NCBI RefSeq assembly: GCF_024521635.1
Contig: NW_026250434.1
Location: 372,001-421,300, forward strand
Origin: Tricharina praecox
Lineage: Eukaryota
Direction of reading: 5' to 3'
Length of the DNA stretch: 49,300 nucleotides
This document shows positions 46,313 to 49,300 of the stretch, in pieces; position 1 is the first letter of the stretch; each line of letters opens with the position of its first letter. The notes under the pieces were generated by a model. It did no database searches, had not been told where the DNA came from, and worked only from the letters and a program-made list of their open reading frames with translations. Made by a program: the position numbers and the translations under genes.

Positions 46313-47641
46313 ATGTCAAAAATCGTCGATATCCACACGCACGTGTACCCGCCCGCCTACGTGGAGCGTCTGTCACCCTCCCCCTCAATTCCCGCCCTTC
46401 TTCCCGCCCTTCCTCCCGCTAACATCTCACACCCCAGTCCTCAAATCCCGCACAACGGTGCCCTACATCCGCGTGTTCCCGCCATCCCCCACGGCCCGGC
46501 TAATAATCCTCCCGGGGGAAGACGACGCATCGACGCCGTCGACGTCGCGGGGGCGACCGCTCGGGGCCGAGTACTTCGACATCTCATTGAAGATCTCGTT
46601 CATGGACACGCACGGCATCGGGATCTCCGTGATCTCGCTCGCGAACCCGTGGCTGGACTTCCTGCCACCGAGCGAGGCCGCGGAAGCGGCTGCCGCCATC
46701 AACGACGATATCGATGCAATGTGCAATAGCTACCCTGGGAGACTGTACGCGTTCGCGACGCTGCCGGTTAGTGCGGGGCAGGAGGCATGTGTAGCTGAGG
46801 TTAGGAGGCTGGCCGGAATGAGGTGGGTCAGGGGAGTGGTACTCGGCACGGGGGGAATGGGAAGCGGAATGGATGATCCCCGCTTGGACGACGTATACAC
46901 AGCCCTTGGGGAGATGGATTTGCCAGTGTTCTTGCATCCGCATTACGGCCTGCCGGCGGAGGCGTACGGGCCACGCGCGGACGAGTATGGGCACGTGTTG
47001 CCGTTGGCGATGGGGTAACCTCCCCCTCCTCTCCCTCCCTTCCCTCCTCGCCCCCGCCCCCGCGACCAGCCGTACTGACCACCCCAGCTTCCCCATGGAA
47101 ACCACCATCTCGGTCGCGCGGATGCTTCTCTCCTCGGTTTTCGACCGGCACACTCAGCTCACCCTCCTCCTCGCGCACAGCGGCGGCACGTTGCCATTCC
47201 TTGCCGGGCGCCTGGAGTCGTGCATCCTCCACGACGCGCACCTCCAGGGAACGGGAAAGCTGCGGAACCGTCGCGATGTCTGGGACGTTCTGAAGACCAA
47301 CATCCTCCTCGACGCGGTGGTCTACTCCGCTCTAGGACTCCGCGCTGCGGCAGAGGCGAGTGGGGCGGATAGGGTGCTTTTCGGTAGGTTCCTTCGGGCG
47401 ATCTGTAGCTTCCTCGTTTAACAAAACAACTTTTCACGGGATGTACCGATGTACTCTAGGCACGGACCACCCCTTCTTCCCACCCCTCACCAACGAGGAC
47501 GAAGAAGACGGCGGCGGTGAGCCCCAGTGGCTAAGCGTCACGACCAACTATGCGGCCATCGACGCTGCTTTCGCCGGTGACAAGGCGAAGAGCGCCGCGG
47601 TGTTGGGTGGGAATGCGGTGAGGCTGCTGAAGCTCGCGTAG
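46313..47641 (+). CDS. Uracil-5-carboxylate (isoorotate) decarboxylase, amidohydrolase family, 4 exons
   Basis: Motifs DIHTHVYP (HxH), ISLANPWLDF, FLHPHYGLP, LPLAMG|FPMETT, LLAHSGGTLPFLAGR and F|GTDHPFFPP. Confidence 0.92.
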
Positions 47642-49036
47642 AGTAGCGTCGGGTTTGGCCGGTACCTAGTTTTAGGTAGTTGGCCCTAAATATGAATAGC
47701 GAGTGGAATGCGGGGTTGCGGGGGGGTCACGCGTGCTCGTGAGCTTCATCAAGAAAAAACTTTGAGAGAGAGAGAGATCTTCGTCTACATACGCGCTGCT
47801 GTTGCATATGGAGAGGACGCACCTCGTCGGTCCGAGTTTCAGTGTGGATGTGTCTTAATCTGCGTGCGCATACTCTATGGAGCAGAGCACTGGAGCGGCC
47901 TGGCGGTTCCATTACATACTCGATCGACATCCAGACGAGCTGACAGTGAAACACGGAGACGTCAATAGGTTGCGCGCATTTGGCCCAGTCCGCCCAAGTT
48001 CTCGGATTACATCCGATGCGTAGTAGGTACGATGCGATGGGCACCTCGTTCGCGATCGCGATCCGTTGAACGGTGGTTGACGGTGAGACGTCGCCCGAGT
48101 TAACATTCCCGGTAGAAAAAACGTTCTAGCTATAGGCAGGTTTAATGAAGATTTCTTCCATCGAACGTAGCAGCGGCTTCCACGTAGTTTCTACTCTAGA
48201 CTGAAGTATAATGACTGGTAGTGACGATTGCTTTTGTCGACCTCTCCTCGTCGAGTCGTTGAGGGTTGGGTGCGAACTTCGATGGAAGGCAGGAAGGTAC
48301 GAATATGTACGTTGCAGCGCCGACGTCGGCGACCACTTCTACAGTTCTACTTCTTCCTTGTAGCTCGCTCAGTAGCTGTAGTTAGCTGGAGTACTTTCTC
48401 GGCACCAACCAAGCTCGCTGCTCAAACTCCTCCAGCCAGCCAGCCAGTCATCATGTCACCCACATAGATACATGGCACTAGCAGACTCCAGGCCTCCCCG
48501 CATTTCGGTAGTGCGTCTGCTGCTTGCACTCCTACTGCTGCCAGTGCTTGCATCATTCCCGCACGCCGTGAATCCGTGATCATGGGTCGACTCGACAGAC
48601 ACCTCCGCGGAGCCGCCTCATCCGCTTCGCTGCCACCCTTCTCTACCACCCTTCCCTACCGCCCCTTCGTTTTTTTCCCAGCCCACCTGCGGCGCACCCC
48701 ATCTTTCCCAGAGCAGTGTGAGCACTTCCGCTTCGAGGCGCGGCAGCAAGAATGCCACACACTCACGTCCGGATCGCACCGTGCCGTTGGGACCGGCTGT
48801 GAATGGCTGTGACCTGCAGCTGGCGCGCAGTCGCTCGAAAACCTTTTTATGTAGAGTAGGTATGAGAAGAGTTTTGGGGACTGAGGGATCGTGGTAATGG
48901 TCGACTATCGGAGTATGTACTCGAGGAGTGGACTGGAAACTTGTGGACTGGAGCAGGCGTGATGATGATGTCAGACCAGTCGCGAGCGACGGCGGGGATT
49001 ATTTCCTGCCCTGATGGGTCACGGAAGGGGGGGGAT

Positions 49037-49225
49037 CTGGCGATGGCGATGGCGATGGCGATGGTGGTGGTGATAGAGTTCATGAATTTGCTGGAGTCGG
49101 GAGTCTGGTCGGGGGAATCGAAGCTTGGAGGAACTGGAGGTCTGCGAGCTGTGGCTATCGCTGTGGCTGGTCGTGGCTTGCGGCTGTGGCTGGAAATGGA
49201 TGTGGCTGTGGCTGTGGCTGTGGCT
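49037..49225 (+). repeat. Hexamer microsatellites (TGGCGA)n and (TGGCTG)n
   Basis: tggcgatggcgatggcgatggcga; tgtggctgtggctgtggctgtggc. Confidence 0.8.
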
Positions 49226-49300
49226 TCGCACTATCCTACGCACCTCATGCACGCACGACACCGTGAACCGACAGCTCTGCGCGCATAAGAGGATCGGGCG

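Noticed and set aside
47700..49300. Short ORFs at the right end
   Set aside because: Driven by microsatellites; no coherent coding signal

Overview
Intron-rich filamentous-ascomycete DNA (short GT-AG introns with CTRAC branch sites; Pezizomycetes is a guess). Conserved genes sit at both ends. Left: a PX/PH-less phospholipase D (5147-9267 +), a LaeA-like SAM methyltransferase (9980-11967 +) and acetoacetyl-CoA synthetase (12947-15550 -). Right: a divergent thymine-7-hydroxylase / isoorotate decarboxylase pair (44098-47641). Between them (~16.3-43.6 kb, plus the first ~4 kb) is an accessory region. Its mobile DNA includes two hAT-type MITEs (one carrying a nested TA-target MITE), a 5.5-kb element with ~95-bp TIRs carrying a 6-exon orphan gene, a pol-less Ty3/Gypsy-like gag and Helitron-like 3' ends. 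It also holds decayed paralogous tail-anchored genes, an HNH remnant and a candidate Kex2-processed secreted effector. The most notable pattern is a concentration of stripped-down ubiquitin/proteostasis modules: a 3xUIM-RING E3 next to a catalytic-only WLM (Wss1-like) protease, a 64-aa RING, an HPD-less J-like protein and an NZF/RanBP2-like micro-finger. All calls come from motif reading and manual alignment; no database searches were run.
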